Part shown: piece by piece, positions 9,080 to 18,795 of the stretch
Layout of the letters: every line of letters starts with the position of its first letter
How positions within the stretch are numbered: the stretch's first letter is position 1
From: a virus
Reading direction: 5' to 3' (one strand)
Virus record (IMG/VR): IMGVR_UViG_3300018931_000001
Span: 7,014 to 71,013 of that record
DNA length: 64,000 nt
Program-made: the position numbers and the translations under genes
Notes under the pieces: generated by a model
Seen by the model: only the letters and a program-made list of their open reading frames with translations
The model's database searches: none
Told to the model about the DNA's origin: nothing

Positions 9080-9264
9080 AATTGAGCATTCTGATTAACC
9101 GGATATGACACGGATTGAACTTGAAACTGTCGCAATATCACTTCTTTATCAATCAACTCTGCAATATAACGACGAATTAGCTTCCGACAATAGGCAAAAG
9201 TGTTAATTAACCGCTCTAATACGCGAACTCTTGCTTGTACCTTTTTTAGTTTTCTTGGGTTCAT
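9067..9264 (-). CDS. Small basic hypothetical protein (MNPRKLKK...)
   Basis: ATG at 9264 within ORF 9067..9357. Confidence 0.5.
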   Translation of the reverse strand: MNPRKLKKVQARVRVLERLINTFAYCRKLIRRYIAELIDKEVILRQFQVQSVSYPVNQNAQLCLF

Positions 9265-9529
9265 TGATTTCCTTGACTCTGTTTCTTTGATGAGGGCGAG
9301 TCGCTTCAAGCTTGTGAGTTTCCGATCTCCCCATAGAAGATGAGCGGTACTCTTCACTCATAACCAAGTTTAAGTATCGGCGGACTAGCTCAGGGCCACT
9401 TTTTGGGTAATCTGCCAAGAATAAATCGACCTGCTCTTGAACTCCCTCTGGCAGGTTGTCCGGGATTTGGACGGATGGGCGGAGGATAGCGATCGGTGGA
9501 ATTGCAAGAAAGTCTGGTTCTGGTTGCAT
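9203..9529 (-). CDS. Hypothetical protein
   Basis: ATG start after an intergenic hairpin. Confidence 0.55.
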   Translation of the reverse strand: MQPEPDFLAIPPIAILRPSVQIPDNLPEGVQEQVDLFLADYPKSGPELVRRYLNLVMSEEYRSSSMGRSETHKLEATRPHQRNRVKEINEPKKTKKGTSKSSRIRAVN

Positions 9530-9584
9530 GGTTGTGTGAGAGGCGATCGGCTAGATAGTAATTAACCACCTAGCCGTGGACTAA

Positions 9585-10271
9585 CTAGCTAGCCGATGGG
9601 AGTGCCGGAATATCTAACACATCGTCAACCGAGGCAAACACTGGTTGAGAATAGGTGTCTCCGCGCATAATATACGCTGCTTCTTGTGGCGAAAGGTTGT
9701 CGAGACATTGCATTGCTTTTGTCCCATCCCAATCAACCATCCGAGACAGGTTACTGGGGTCTGATAACACCGCTGCGGCTTGGTCAATTACAGCCCAGTC
9801 TTTTCGCTCTTGCCAAGACCATTTCAAGCTGTAGTAATTAATTGGCTTAACTACGCCACTGTCGTCTGGTTTCTGACCGGAATGCTTGACAAATTCAGGA
9901 ATGAAGACTCCGGTTGCTGGCTCTACGCCACGAGATTGAACTGATGCAACCAAACGGTTAAAGTCGTTCAACGTGCGATTTTTGATGTAAGTCACCATCA
10001 CTGTTCCCTGTGGTAAATCACCACTTTCGGCAACGAACCAGAGTTGACCCCATAGACTGTTTGAGGTTTGACCGAGGGAGCCAAAAAACTTGGAGAATTT
10101 GAGGATTGTCATTGAACATTTTGAACCGTAGTCCGCATCCCCAATCGCCCACTGCCCTGACTGGCAGTTGTTACGAACGGCGATCGGGATTTCTGGAACG
10201 AGTAGTTCGTTGGCTGCTTTGCTTCCGAAGACTGAAAAGGTAGAGCGTTGATTTTCTGTTTGCTTAGTCAT
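9585..10271 (-). CDS. Phage early protein, possibly ssDNA-binding
   Basis: 228-aa ORF with aromatic beta-rich core and acidic C-tail; function inferred only. Confidence 0.6.
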   Translation of the reverse strand: MTKQTENQRSTFSVFGSKAANELLVPEIPIAVRNNCQSGQWAIGDADYGSKCSMTILKFSKFFGSLGQTSNSLWGQLWFVAESGDLPQGTVMVTYIKNRTLNDFNRLVASVQSRGVEPATGVFIPEFVKHSGQKPDDSGVVKPINYYSLKWSWQERKDWAVIDQAAAVLSDPSNLSRMVDWDGTKAMQCLDNLSPQEAAYIMRGDTYSQPVFASVDDVLDIPALPSAS

Positions 10272-10358
10272 GGGTTTTAGATTTGGTTTAGTTCGGTCTG
10301 TTTTTAGTTTGGTTGTTGCGGTTCTGTTCAGCCGTACCGCTGGTTGGCGATAGCGCTT

Positions 10359-10781
10359 TTATTTGTGCGTCAGAAAGGCGTCAATAAACTCTTGAGCATC
10401 TGTTTCGTTGGTGAATTGTTGCGAAGAAATCTTGTGTGGGATTCCGTTGTAAAAAAAGCCAACATTGAAAGATGTGCAGCTTGGGCTACTGAAAACAGGA
10501 ACGAGCTTAACTCCTTCATTGAGTAAGTCTCTCAAGGTTTTGCGTCTGCTCGCTTTCTGTTCTTGAGATTTTAAAAAATCTAAAAACATAGTTTTTGTTG
10601 GTGGCTTGTATGCTTGCCACTCTTTATTCTCGTAAGCGCTCAAAAAACAAACCGTAGCAACTTGCGAATTAAAATCAACTAGCCAAACAACATAACTGCC
10701 GTCAATTGTGTCGTGTACAGGTACAGCGCGGTCAAGGAATTCTTCTGAACAATACAGAGAGTCAGTTGCAACGGTAGTCAT
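10359..10781 (-). CDS. Hypothetical protein
   Basis: 140-aa ORF with A/C-rich leader. Confidence 0.7.
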   Translation of the reverse strand: MTTVATDSLYCSEEFLDRAVPVHDTIDGSYVVWLVDFNSQVATVCFLSAYENKEWQAYKPPTKTMFLDFLKSQEQKASRRKTLRDLLNEGVKLVPVFSSPSCTSFNVGFFYNGIPHKISSQQFTNETDAQEFIDAFLTHK

Positions 10782-10867
10782 AGTTTTGTAGGGCTTTTGT
10801 AGAGTTTGTTTGATTTAGTTTTGCCGACCCTTACAAAGCTCCTGTCGGCACTGAACACTTTCGTTTG

Positions 10868-11059
10868 TCAAGAATCGTAATCCTCTTGACTGAGTACGCC
10901 TAAGAGGTACGTAGCTCTGTTTAACGATCCGCCGGCAATCATGTGAGAGTTGTATTTCCAGTCGATCCACTCAACCGGTAATCTTGCGAACCACTTAGTT
11001 TTATGGCTAATACGGCAAGATGCTTGAGCCAATTCAATTCCGTTAAAAGTAATTTTCAT
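10868..11059 (-). CDS. Small hypothetical protein flanked by related hairpin repeats
   Basis: 63-aa ORF with ATG and A/C-rich leader. Confidence 0.6.
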   Translation of the reverse strand: MKITFNGIELAQASCRISHKTKWFARLPVEWIDWKYNSHMIAGGSLNRATYLLGVLSQEDYDS

Positions 11060-11132
11060 TTTTTGAAATTGGTTGATTTGTTTTTAGCTTGACCAGCCGT
11101 TTTACCGCTCCCGCTGGCACTGAGCCGACATA

Positions 11133-13016
11133 TTACTTCGCGCAAACTGCGCTTTGTCTTGCAAGTTGGTGTTGCTGGGTCATTTTATCTAGGTAGCTGA
11201 TTGCAATTTCCTTCGAGAAAAATGGATGACCAGTACCAGCCTCACTCCAAATAGACCACGCCCACCAGCGACCATCCTGTCCTTGCTTGATGCGACCAAT
11301 TCCGTTGTAATTTTCCGTTTCTCGCGCAAAACAGGCATACTGTTTGTACATCTTGGGATTGAAGGCGCGCCCGGCTTCAATAGCTGCTCTGATTTGTTGA
11401 TGTCGCACGTTCGGGTGCTTCGTCTCGGATGCGGTGAACCCGGCGTTGATGATGATAAAAATCTCGTCATTGCGGATATAAAATTGACGAGTCGCTCCTT
11501 TCTTACCTACGATCGCCCCCTCAAGCGGCGTCCGCCAGTGAATAGTGCCTTCCGACTCTTCCGTCGGTGGTTGCTCGTCTAAATCTTCGTCATGTGTGGG
11601 CAGAATGGACGAGTCAAACGGCGTAATCTTAAACAAGCTCAAGACATCTTTTTTTAGTTCAGACATTTGTTGCTCCAGTTTTACGATGACCGGGGACGGA
11701 GACGGTTCGGGCTGTGATCGCCCGTAAAATTCAATATCTTTGTCAATTCTCGCAAGGTGCAGCAAGGCGATCGCCTCGTCCTCTGAACCGATGACGGTTT
11801 TTTCAACCGCCAACTGCGCTTTGAGTTGCTGCTCTGATAAGTAGGCTAAGTCGTAAAACTCACGGTCAAAATCATCTTCCTGAGTCATTGAGGACATGAG
11901 GTTATCTGGCTTTGCAGTGCGGGGGAATGCTGCGATTTTAACAATCCCTCCACCTGTCGGCTGCACTCTGTTGCGACCATTGCCACGATTCGGCGGTGCA
12001 TTGTCTGGTGTCTCTTCAGTAGTAGCCGTAACCAGAACACAAGGCAACAGTGGAGCGGGTAATACTGAATTATCAAGAGTAGGCAACTCAAGAAGTGGTT
12101 CAGCGCCATAGTAGGCAGGAACCCCCTGCCATTGATTCAACCTGTAGAAGGAATAGCCATCTTTGACCATTTCCGCCAGAAACTTGTAAGGAGAAGTTTG
12201 GCTAGCAATATCGCTATAAACCAACTTCCACCGCCAGCCGGCGTCTTTAGATTGACCAACCCACGTAACGATTCCAACTACCAAGCCAGAATGGACTACT
12301 AAACTAGACGACTCTACATGACCTTCTGGTTTTGGAAGTTTTGTATAAACTTCACCCCTAAACTTGATTTTGTTTTTGGCAAATTCAAACCTGGCTGTTT
12401 TTTGCATTTGGTTAGCAGGAGTGAAAACGGGTGTAGATTCTGTTTTAGCTTGGATTTCTTCGGGTGCTGCGGGTTCATTGATTTTCGGCTGAGCAACTGA
12501 AATGCAATCGCTGCACTCACACAATCCGTAAGTAGCGCTTGAGAATGAATGTTGACCCATCCAAATGTCGCGACAGTAGCGGAAAGGGTGGTTTGTTAAC
12601 CGGGTCTTTACTGGGGTAGCAGTGGTTGGTTGGAATGCGACGGTTTCTTGGGGGGCTACTTCGGCGGCGATCGGCGCTTCAGTTTCAACAACTTCGGCTT
12701 CTGGTTGGGTCTTAGCGACTTCTTCGTAACAGTCGCTTTTGGCTTCCCAGTGTCCTCGGGTTACGGCGTCGGTCAGTTCGCAGCAGTAGCGATCGCCGTC
12801 GATGCGACGGGCTAGAGGGCAAGTGGCGCAAGTCAGCGGAGTGGCGATGTGTTCTGGCTCGACTACGGGCTGCGGTTGGGCTTCTACAATCCGGCGTTGG
12901 TAGTCGCGGCGGGTGCGGGTGGTGGAGGTGGCTTTCAGACCGAGGGCGGAATGAAGCTTTTGGACTTCGTTCCAGGTGAGCTTGTCTAGGGATTGTTGGG
13001 TGTGGAGTGGTATCAT
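11133..13016 (-). CDS. Large mosaic early protein (helical N-terminus, Cys cluster, low-complexity linkers)
   Basis: 627 aa; TCATC...YCC...C; first gene after the leftward promoter. Confidence 0.8.
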   Translation of the reverse strand: MIPLHTQQSLDKLTWNEVQKLHSALGLKATSTTRTRRDYQRRIVEAQPQPVVEPEHIATPLTCATCPLARRIDGDRYCCELTDAVTRGHWEAKSDCYEEVAKTQPEAEVVETEAPIAAEVAPQETVAFQPTTATPVKTRLTNHPFRYCRDIWMGQHSFSSATYGLCECSDCISVAQPKINEPAAPEEIQAKTESTPVFTPANQMQKTARFEFAKNKIKFRGEVYTKLPKPEGHVESSSLVVHSGLVVGIVTWVGQSKDAGWRWKLVYSDIASQTSPYKFLAEMVKDGYSFYRLNQWQGVPAYYGAEPLLELPTLDNSVLPAPLLPCVLVTATTEETPDNAPPNRGNGRNRVQPTGGGIVKIAAFPRTAKPDNLMSSMTQEDDFDREFYDLAYLSEQQLKAQLAVEKTVIGSEDEAIALLHLARIDKDIEFYGRSQPEPSPSPVIVKLEQQMSELKKDVLSLFKITPFDSSILPTHDEDLDEQPPTEESEGTIHWRTPLEGAIVGKKGATRQFYIRNDEIFIIINAGFTASETKHPNVRHQQIRAAIEAGRAFNPKMYKQYACFARETENYNGIGRIKQGQDGRWWAWSIWSEAGTGHPFFSKEIAISYLDKMTQQHQLARQSAVCAK

Positions 13017-13105
13017 TTGATTATCTCGCTGTAACAGTGGGTTTTCGGGCGACTCATACTTGCTTTTCCAGGGCGGGGTGTGAGTCGCTTTTGCTTTCTT
13101 CCTTT

Positions 13106-13134
13106 AGTATAGGCAATGCCTAGGCAGATGTCAA
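13106..13134 (-). promoter_or_regulatory. Leftward sigma70-type promoter
   Basis: TTGACA (13134-13129), 17-nt spacer, TATACT (13111-13106). Confidence 0.8.
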
Positions 13135-13171
13135 CTACTTATCTAGGCAAAATATATCAAATTTATAGGCA
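13110..13171. promoter_or_regulatory. Operator array of TAGGCA half-sites
   Basis: TAGGCA at 13110, 13121, 13144, 13166; palindrome TAGGCA-A-TGCCTA at 13110-13122; further copies at 13647 and 13702. Confidence 0.7.
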
Positions 13172-13279
13172 AATATGCAAAAAGGTATATGAGCAGCTTA
13201 TAAGCCAAAACCCTATTGCTATGGAACAGATAAAAAGCTAGGCTATTGTATATACCACTGCAAAGCAAAAACGAAAATA

Positions 13280-13540
13280 ATGCGAAAACAGCAAGACGGT
13301 CAACTAAATATCAGAACTAACAACGAACTGAAGCAGGCGTTCATAGAAAAAGCCAAAGAGGACGGAACTACGGCAACCGAACTAATGAATAAGTTTATGA
13401 GGGAGTATCTTAAAAACAATGTGTCGTTTGAACAGGCACCGGGGAATGAGCTAGCAGATTTAGAAGTTCGGCTAACAAGTCGGTTCACCAATGAACTGAA
13501 AAAACTGGAAGAACGTTTCACGGGGGAATTGGCAGCCTGA
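13280..13540 (+). CDS. Ribbon-helix-helix (Arc/CopG-like) repressor with coiled-coil tail
   Basis: QLNIRTNNELKQAFIEKAKEDGTTATELMNKFMREYL; divergent from the leftward promoter. Confidence 0.85.
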   Translation: MRKQQDGQLNIRTNNELKQAFIEKAKEDGTTATELMNKFMREYLKNNVSFEQAPGNELADLEVRLTSRFTNELKKLEERFTGELAA

Positions 13541-13597
13541 GAGAGAAGAATCGATCTCTCAGGCAATTGTGCGATTCACTGCTTGAATCCTTAGACC

Positions 13598-13639
13598 TTA
13601 AAGCGAACCCTTAGTTTCAAAACTAAGAGTTCGCTTTAA
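13598..13639. terminator. Long bidirectional hairpin terminator between convergent genes
   Basis: ttaaagcgaac.cttagttt / aaactaag.gttcgctttaa. Confidence 0.75.
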
Positions 13640-13725
13640 TTTTGTCTAGGCAACCCCTTTACAAAAGCTATTTATCTGTATAGGTTATAGATATGCGTTA
13701 CTAGGCATCCATGTTTGGCAAATTT

Positions 13726-14007
13726 TTACCCCTGCCGCCGCGACGACCAGTACAACGCCGCCGCCGGGGGAGCAATTAAGCCGGTAAAGCCCAAGGCAAC
13801 CCGCAAATTAATTTGGTCTTCATTGGCAAACCTAGACAAGAGAAGCCCCAAGAACAAACCTGCTATGCAAGAGCCAAGCAAAATCAGAGCGTTCGCACCC
13901 TCTATCTGAGTAGCTCGCTTCCCGGCAACGGGAGCGCCACAGTGGGGGCAGGCAGCGGCGGTCGAGGCAACCTTACCTTTACATTCCGAACAAGTGACCA
14001 GAGCCAT
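13726..14007 (-). CDS. Zinc-ribbon plus 2-TM membrane protein (exclusion candidate)
   Basis: CSEC...ACPHCGAP followed by two hydrophobic helices. Confidence 0.8.
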   Translation of the reverse strand: MALVTCSECKGKVASTAAACPHCGAPVAGKRATQIEGANALILLGSCIAGLFLGLLLSRFANEDQINLRVALGFTGLIAPPAAALYWSSRRQG

Positions 14008-14082
14008 AATTTGATTTTAAAAATGCTATCCCTGCGATGTTATCAGCATCCAGGGGGCGGTCAACCAACTTAGGAGACAAAA

Positions 14083-15351
14083 GTGAACCATCAACTAAAT
14101 TCAGCTAACTCGTCCAGTTTATCAGTTTTCGACTTCCAAAGCCAGCCCGTGCGCCTGCTGACCCGAAATAATGACCCGTGGTTTGTAGCAAAAGATATTT
14201 GCGCTGCGGTAGAAATCAAAAACTCACGACACGCACTATCACGGCTTGATGATGACGAAAAAAATACTGTCGTTTTAAACGACGGAACTCCCGGCAACCC
14301 AAATACAGCAATAGTGTCAGAATCCGGGATGTACACGCTCGTACTCAGCAGCCGCAAACCCTCGGCAAAACTATTTCGCAAGTGGGTCACGTCGGAAGTG
14401 CTGCCAACCATCCGCAAAACTGGTGGCTATTTCCACGCACAGCCGGAGAGTGACCCAACCCCGATCGACCAAAATCTAATATCCAACATCCAAAACCTAA
14501 AACTAAAAATCGCCCAGCAACCGGAAATCTACCGCCTAATTTTCAGCAGCCGCCTGAAAGAAGCGACCAACTTTCAGCAATGGGTATTTGAACACGTCCT
14601 CCCCGCAGTTTGTCAAACCGGGATGTACGCGCAGTTGAGCGAATCCGAATTTGCTCCCATTCTCCGATCGGAAACTTTATGGCCCCCGATCGCCCGCACC
14701 GGAAACTCCAGCACATCAACTACACCCGGCACTCCCGGAACCGGAGGCACATCCGGTGGATTCGGCGGGGCAGGCTCCGGCGGAACTGGCAACGGTGGTG
14801 GGGATGATGGCGGGGACGATGACGACTTCAACGAAGATGATGAGGACGAAGAATATTACCAGCGGTACGAGTACGACAACTTGAGCGCCCCGATCGACCT
14901 TGACGAGCAATTCCTCCAAATCGACTACGTTTTCGACAACCTGCCTTACGACTGCCGGCAAAACTTGACAATGGAGATTCAGAAGCGCCGGGTACTGCAA
15001 GAGCTAATTGCCGCGTTCCCGCCAAACAAAAAATTCTTGCTAAGTCGCGACACGGCGATCGCGCTTGCGGATGCCGAGCGGTACTTCACTATTGAGCAAC
15101 TGGCAGACAGGCTAGAACGGATGGCGGGAATGCCCGTAAGTGCCGACAGAGTTGTCACCCTACTGGAAGAGATGGGCTACATAGCTGTCGGCGAAGACTT
15201 GGTGGAAGCTATCACCCCAACCCAGTCAGCCCGATTCTTTACCCGGCGGGTTGCGGGTGAAATGAAATGGCGAGCTAATATTTTGCAATTGCTGCTATGG
15301 GAGTATAACTGGCAGATGAAGAACAGGAAGAGCGGCGGGCGATCGGTATAG
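14083..15351 (+). CDS. BRO-N domain antirepressor-like protein
   Basis: FDFQSQPVR, PWFVAKDIC, VSESGMYTLVLSSRKPSAKLFRKWVTSEVLPTIRKTGGY. Confidence 0.92.
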   Translation: MNHQLNSANSSSLSVFDFQSQPVRLLTRNNDPWFVAKDICAAVEIKNSRHALSRLDDDEKNTVVLNDGTPGNPNTAIVSESGMYTLVLSSRKPSAKLFRKWVTSEVLPTIRKTGGYFHAQPESDPTPIDQNLISNIQNLKLKIAQQPEIYRLIFSSRLKEATNFQQWVFEHVLPAVCQTGMYAQLSESEFAPILRSETLWPPIARTGNSSTSTTPGTPGTGGTSGGFGGAGSGGTGNGGGDDGGDDDDFNEDDEDEEYYQRYEYDNLSAPIDLDEQFLQIDYVFDNLPYDCRQNLTMEIQKRRVLQELIAAFPPNKKFLLSRDTAIALADAERYFTIEQLADRLERMAGMPVSADRVVTLLEEMGYIAVGEDLVEAITPTQSARFFTRRVAGEMKWRANILQLLLWEYNWQMKNRKSGGRSV

Positions 15352-15395
15352 CTTTCAATCAATAACAAACCCAACACATAGGCAAGCAATAAATC

Positions 15396-15701
15396 ATGTC
15401 ACAGCCCTCAAAACCAACAGAAGAACAATGTTTAACTGTTGAGCAGCTAATAAACTTGCTTCAAAAATGTCTAGTGGATTCTATCGTCCAAATTTGGACT
15501 GAAGACCATGACTTTTTTGTAACGTTTAGCGCATTGGAATTCGTAGAAAATTGTTCTACCAGTAGAACAGTTCGTTTGCTTAATTACAAACCAGGACTGA
15601 CAAGCAATGACAACCTCTCCATAGAGATCGCACAGCAAGAACCCCATTTTGCTGAAACCAAGTATTACAGCCCTAATGGGCGTCCATTTCTACATTACTA
15701 A
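15396..15701 (+). CDS. Hypothetical protein
   Basis: 101-aa ORF in the operon. Confidence 0.6.
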   Translation: MSQPSKPTEEQCLTVEQLINLLQKCLVDSIVQIWTEDHDFFVTFSALEFVENCSTSRTVRLLNYKPGLTSNDNLSIEIAQQEPHFAETKYYSPNGRPFLHY

Positions 15702-17259
15702 TTTTTTCGTAGAAATCAACTCTGAAACAACGAATGTCTTTAGGGTTGGTTTCCAGGGCAAGATCAACAAAAATACTCAAGCCATGACTACTAATCACGC
15801 CCCTAGAAACGCCGCAAACCCCTTCGTAATAGTTTCTTCAAATATAGCCAAGAATCCAAACTTGAGTGCGGTTGAGTGCCGAGTAATGACTATCCTGCTA
15901 AATATGCCGCAAGGTTGGCAGCCAAACGCCAAACACCTGTCAAATCAAATGCTGGAAGGCACGAGTGCAATCCAAAGAGCCATTACTCGGCTCAAGCAAT
16001 TGGGTTATTTAGTCTGTCGCAGCATTCGAGATGCTGCAGGTCGGTTTCTGCGATCGGACTGGGAAATCAATGAAATCCCCGCACCCCCCAGCGACGAGAA
16101 TATTGACGCCAGGGGCAACGTCATCGCAGTTGATCGTCCCGACCAAGCTCCCAAAAACTTGAGGCGGGAAGCAAGGCAACGAGCAAAAAGCGGTCAAAAA
16201 ACAGAGGTAAAACGGCAAACTGAAACCCTTGCTGCTGCGTCGTTTAATCCGTATCCGGGTTTTCCAGATACGGGTTTTGAAAACGTAATTAATATAGATA
16301 TATCAAATATCCAAAGTATTGAGAGAGAAGCGGGTTTTGAAAATTTGGAAGTAGAAACCGAATGCCAGATCCAAGAGACTGAAAGTGAATACCAGTGTCA
16401 AGAAAACAACTTGTTTGCAAAAACAGCAAGCACTCGATCGGATCAGTATTCCGCGCCCGCCGAGTCCGCTAAATACTGGAACGAGACTGAGCTTAGGGAA
16501 TTCCAGTCCCAGCTAGAAGATTTGGGCAAACGACTAGGGCGAAAATCCCCGGTTGCTTGGGCGTTTACGATCGTCCAAAACTTGAGAACTGGCACACCCT
16601 GCACCTACTGGGAAGAGTTCAAGGCAGGCGTACCGCTGGGAACTTCAGAACAACGGGAATGGGAAACAGCACCGGGCGTCCCTTGTGCGATCGCAATTCA
16701 GTGCCTAGAAGCGGACTTCCTCTCCCGCCCCGGCACAACCCCGCAGGAGGCGGCCCGGAAAGCAGCGCAAGTAGTATCGCGACCAAAGGAGATGGCAGCA
16801 GTCTGGGAAACCATCAAAGCGCGGGTAGTGTTTCAGAAAGAGGAATGGGAACGACAGTCGGCGCTGGGAGTGCAGACTCCGGTGGTAGATTCTTGGTTGC
16901 GAGCAAAGCCGTCAGTGTCGGTGGAGGAAGCGGCGATCGCACTGCACGAAATACAATCAGCTTTGCCACCAGCACTTCAGCCAAGTGACGAGCCCAGTTC
17001 TCTGCCTCCTCTTGCCGTGCCAGTATTGAGCGAGTCCGTTGATGGCGGCGCGACTAATGTTGCCAGTGAAGTAGATGAAGTGGCTATAGCGGCGAAGACA
17101 ACGATTTGGGCTACTTTGAGCAAGTTTGCGAGGCCGAACAAAAAGCGGAATATTTTGGAAGCAAATATTGCCGAAGTGAAAAAACTGGTTCCGGTGGTGA
17201 CGGCTGCGAAAGAGGTGAAGTGCGACGCAGTAGCGGATGAAGAGGAAGAAATTTGGTGA
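15649..17259 (+). CDS. HTH replication initiator-like protein (likely start ATG 15784)
   Basis: FVIVSSNIAKNPNLS...LLNMPQGW...AIQRAITRLKQLGYL...RDAAGRF wHTH; internal iteron-like repeats. Confidence 0.75.
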   Translation: MLKPSITALMGVHFYITNFFVEINSETTNVFRVGFQGKINKNTQAMTTNHAPRNAANPFVIVSSNIAKNPNLSAVECRVMTILLNMPQGWQPNAKHLSNQMLEGTSAIQRAITRLKQLGYLVCRSIRDAAGRFLRSDWEINEIPAPPSDENIDARGNVIAVDRPDQAPKNLRREARQRAKSGQKTEVKRQTETLAAASFNPYPGFPDTGFENVINIDISNIQSIEREAGFENLEVETECQIQETESEYQCQENNLFAKTASTRSDQYSAPAESAKYWNETELREFQSQLEDLGKRLGRKSPVAWAFTIVQNLRTGTPCTYWEEFKAGVPLGTSEQREWETAPGVPCAIAIQCLEADFLSRPGTTPQEAARKAAQVVSRPKEMAAVWETIKARVVFQKEEWERQSALGVQTPVVDSWLRAKPSVSVEEAAIALHEIQSALPPALQPSDEPSSLPPLAVPVLSESVDGGATNVASEVDEVAIAAKTTIWATLSKFARPNKKRNILEANIAEVKKLVPVVTAAKEVKCDAVADEEEEIW

Positions 17260-17358
17260 TAAATAGAAGTTTAGCCAATTTGCAAGAGTTGGTGCAATAC
17301 GTGTGATCGGGTAAACTGGTAGAAATGCAGCAAGCCAATCGGGAGTAAACCGACTGGC

Positions 17359-18210
17359 TTGCAAATGTCCCTAACACGGTGGAACTATATGAACGATTTT
17401 AACTCAATCACGCGACACGAGAATACTTTTTCTCAAGACTTGGCGATCGCGCTCGTAAATAGCGACAATCAATTTCCAGTAAATTTTGACGACGCATGGC
17501 AATGGCTGGGCTACGCAACGAAGCAAAAAGCAAAAAATAAGCTACTCAACAACTTTGAACAAGAGCTGGATTTTAACCTAAACCAAATGGTTAAGGTTCA
17601 AAACGAAGGCTCTAGAGTAGTTTCACGCCCTTATGAACAAATCATGTTGACTGTTGAGTGTCTCAAATCGCTGGGAATGATGGCTGGCACAAGTCAAGGG
17701 AGAGAGATTCGCAAATACTTCCTTGAGTGTGAACGAACTGTCAAAAAAGTCGTCCCGGCGCAAAGCGAGCGCATCCAAGAACTTGAACTGGAAGTAGAAT
17801 TAGCCAAACAGTGCGTAGAAACCGAGAGGCTCCGAAACCGGGGCCGGGAACTTGACAGCAATCTTGTGACACTGCACGGCGCTCCCGTTGCTTTGGCTCT
17901 AAGGGGTGTTGCTGGTGCGATCGTCGAAGTTGAAAAACCGACCATTGAAGTAATCAAAGAGAACGTCAAATTTAAAGGTCAGACACTCTCTCAAATAGTG
18001 GAATTTCTGAAGAAGAAGCACGGCATTAGAAACTTCAAATCCGGTGCCGATCTAAAACGGTTTTTAGAACAATTAGGTAAAGATGATTTAATAGCCCAGA
18101 CTCCGCGCTCTGTCCTTCAAGATTACGTCCCAGTGGAGAACCAAGAGGAAGTGTACCGGGCTATCTTAGACAATACGAATCGTCAACTACTACTTGGCGA
18201 AGGTTGTTAA
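17359..18210 (+). CDS. AntA/AntB-like antirepressor (likely start ATG 17389)
   Basis: [14 protein letters not shown]...[31 protein letters not shown]. Confidence 0.85.
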   Translation: MQMSLTRWNYMNDFNSITRHENTFSQDLAIALVNSDNQFPVNFDDAWQWLGYATKQKAKNKLLNNFEQELDFNLNQMVKVQNEGSRVVSRPYEQIMLTVECLKSLGMMAGTSQGREIRKYFLECERTVKKVVPAQSERIQELELEVELAKQCVETERLRNRGRELDSNLVTLHGAPVALALRGVAGAIVEVEKPTIEVIKENVKFKGQTLSQIVEFLKKKHGIRNFKSGADLKRFLEQLGKDDLIAQTPRSVLQDYVPVENQEEVYRAILDNTNRQLLLGEGC

Positions 18211-18364
18211 GGCAGTACGATCGTCCACAACTGCGTTTGACGTAGCAATGCTGCCTATGTCTACTCTGTTAAAATACATGAGGCTGCTCTCGGCAGTTGC
18301 CTCGGTTTTCTTGAAAGTTGAGAGGTGTTATTAGGCAATACCTGGTAATTGCCACTGGTGATAG

Positions 18365-18390
18365 CTAATGACTAATGACCAATGACCAAT
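18365..18390 (+). repeat. Cyanobacterial STRR-type heptamer repeat C(T/C)AATGA
   Basis: ctaatga ctaatga ccaatga ccaat. Confidence 0.7.
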
Positions 18391-18456
18391 ATGCCTGGTA
18401 ATTACCGCTTGCGGTCGGGTTGACCGCGCTAGACGATGTACGCACCACCGGGCAAC

Positions 18457-18795
18457 TCAATCACCCCAAATTTCCTGAATATCTTCTGCATCATCCAAGC
18501 ACAAATGCCTCGGATTCTCTATTTCTGAAAGCTTGCCCGGTTCGTCGTTGTAAGATTCGTAGTAACTCAAATCAATAACAAAACCCCGAGCCAACGCCAT
18601 TGTTCTGCCGTTGAAACATCACTCGGCATCTCGCCAGATGGCAAAATATGCAATGCCACAAGTCGGGCAATCCCAGCGCGTACCAATGTGTGGGGGTTCC
18701 GTGTGGAAGCGGCGAAACTCGATCGGCTTGCCCCTCAAGTCCGACAACCGGACGGTATTGTTGCAGCAGATTGATCGACACAAGTTTCTACTCAC
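18457..18795 (-). pseudogene. Cys-rich phage gene with an in-frame TGA at 18619-18621
   Basis: GTG overlaps the upstream TAG; reads SRNLCRSICC...WDCPTCGIAYFAIWRDAE*CFNG...FVIDLSYYESYNDEPG...IWGD*. Confidence 0.7.
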
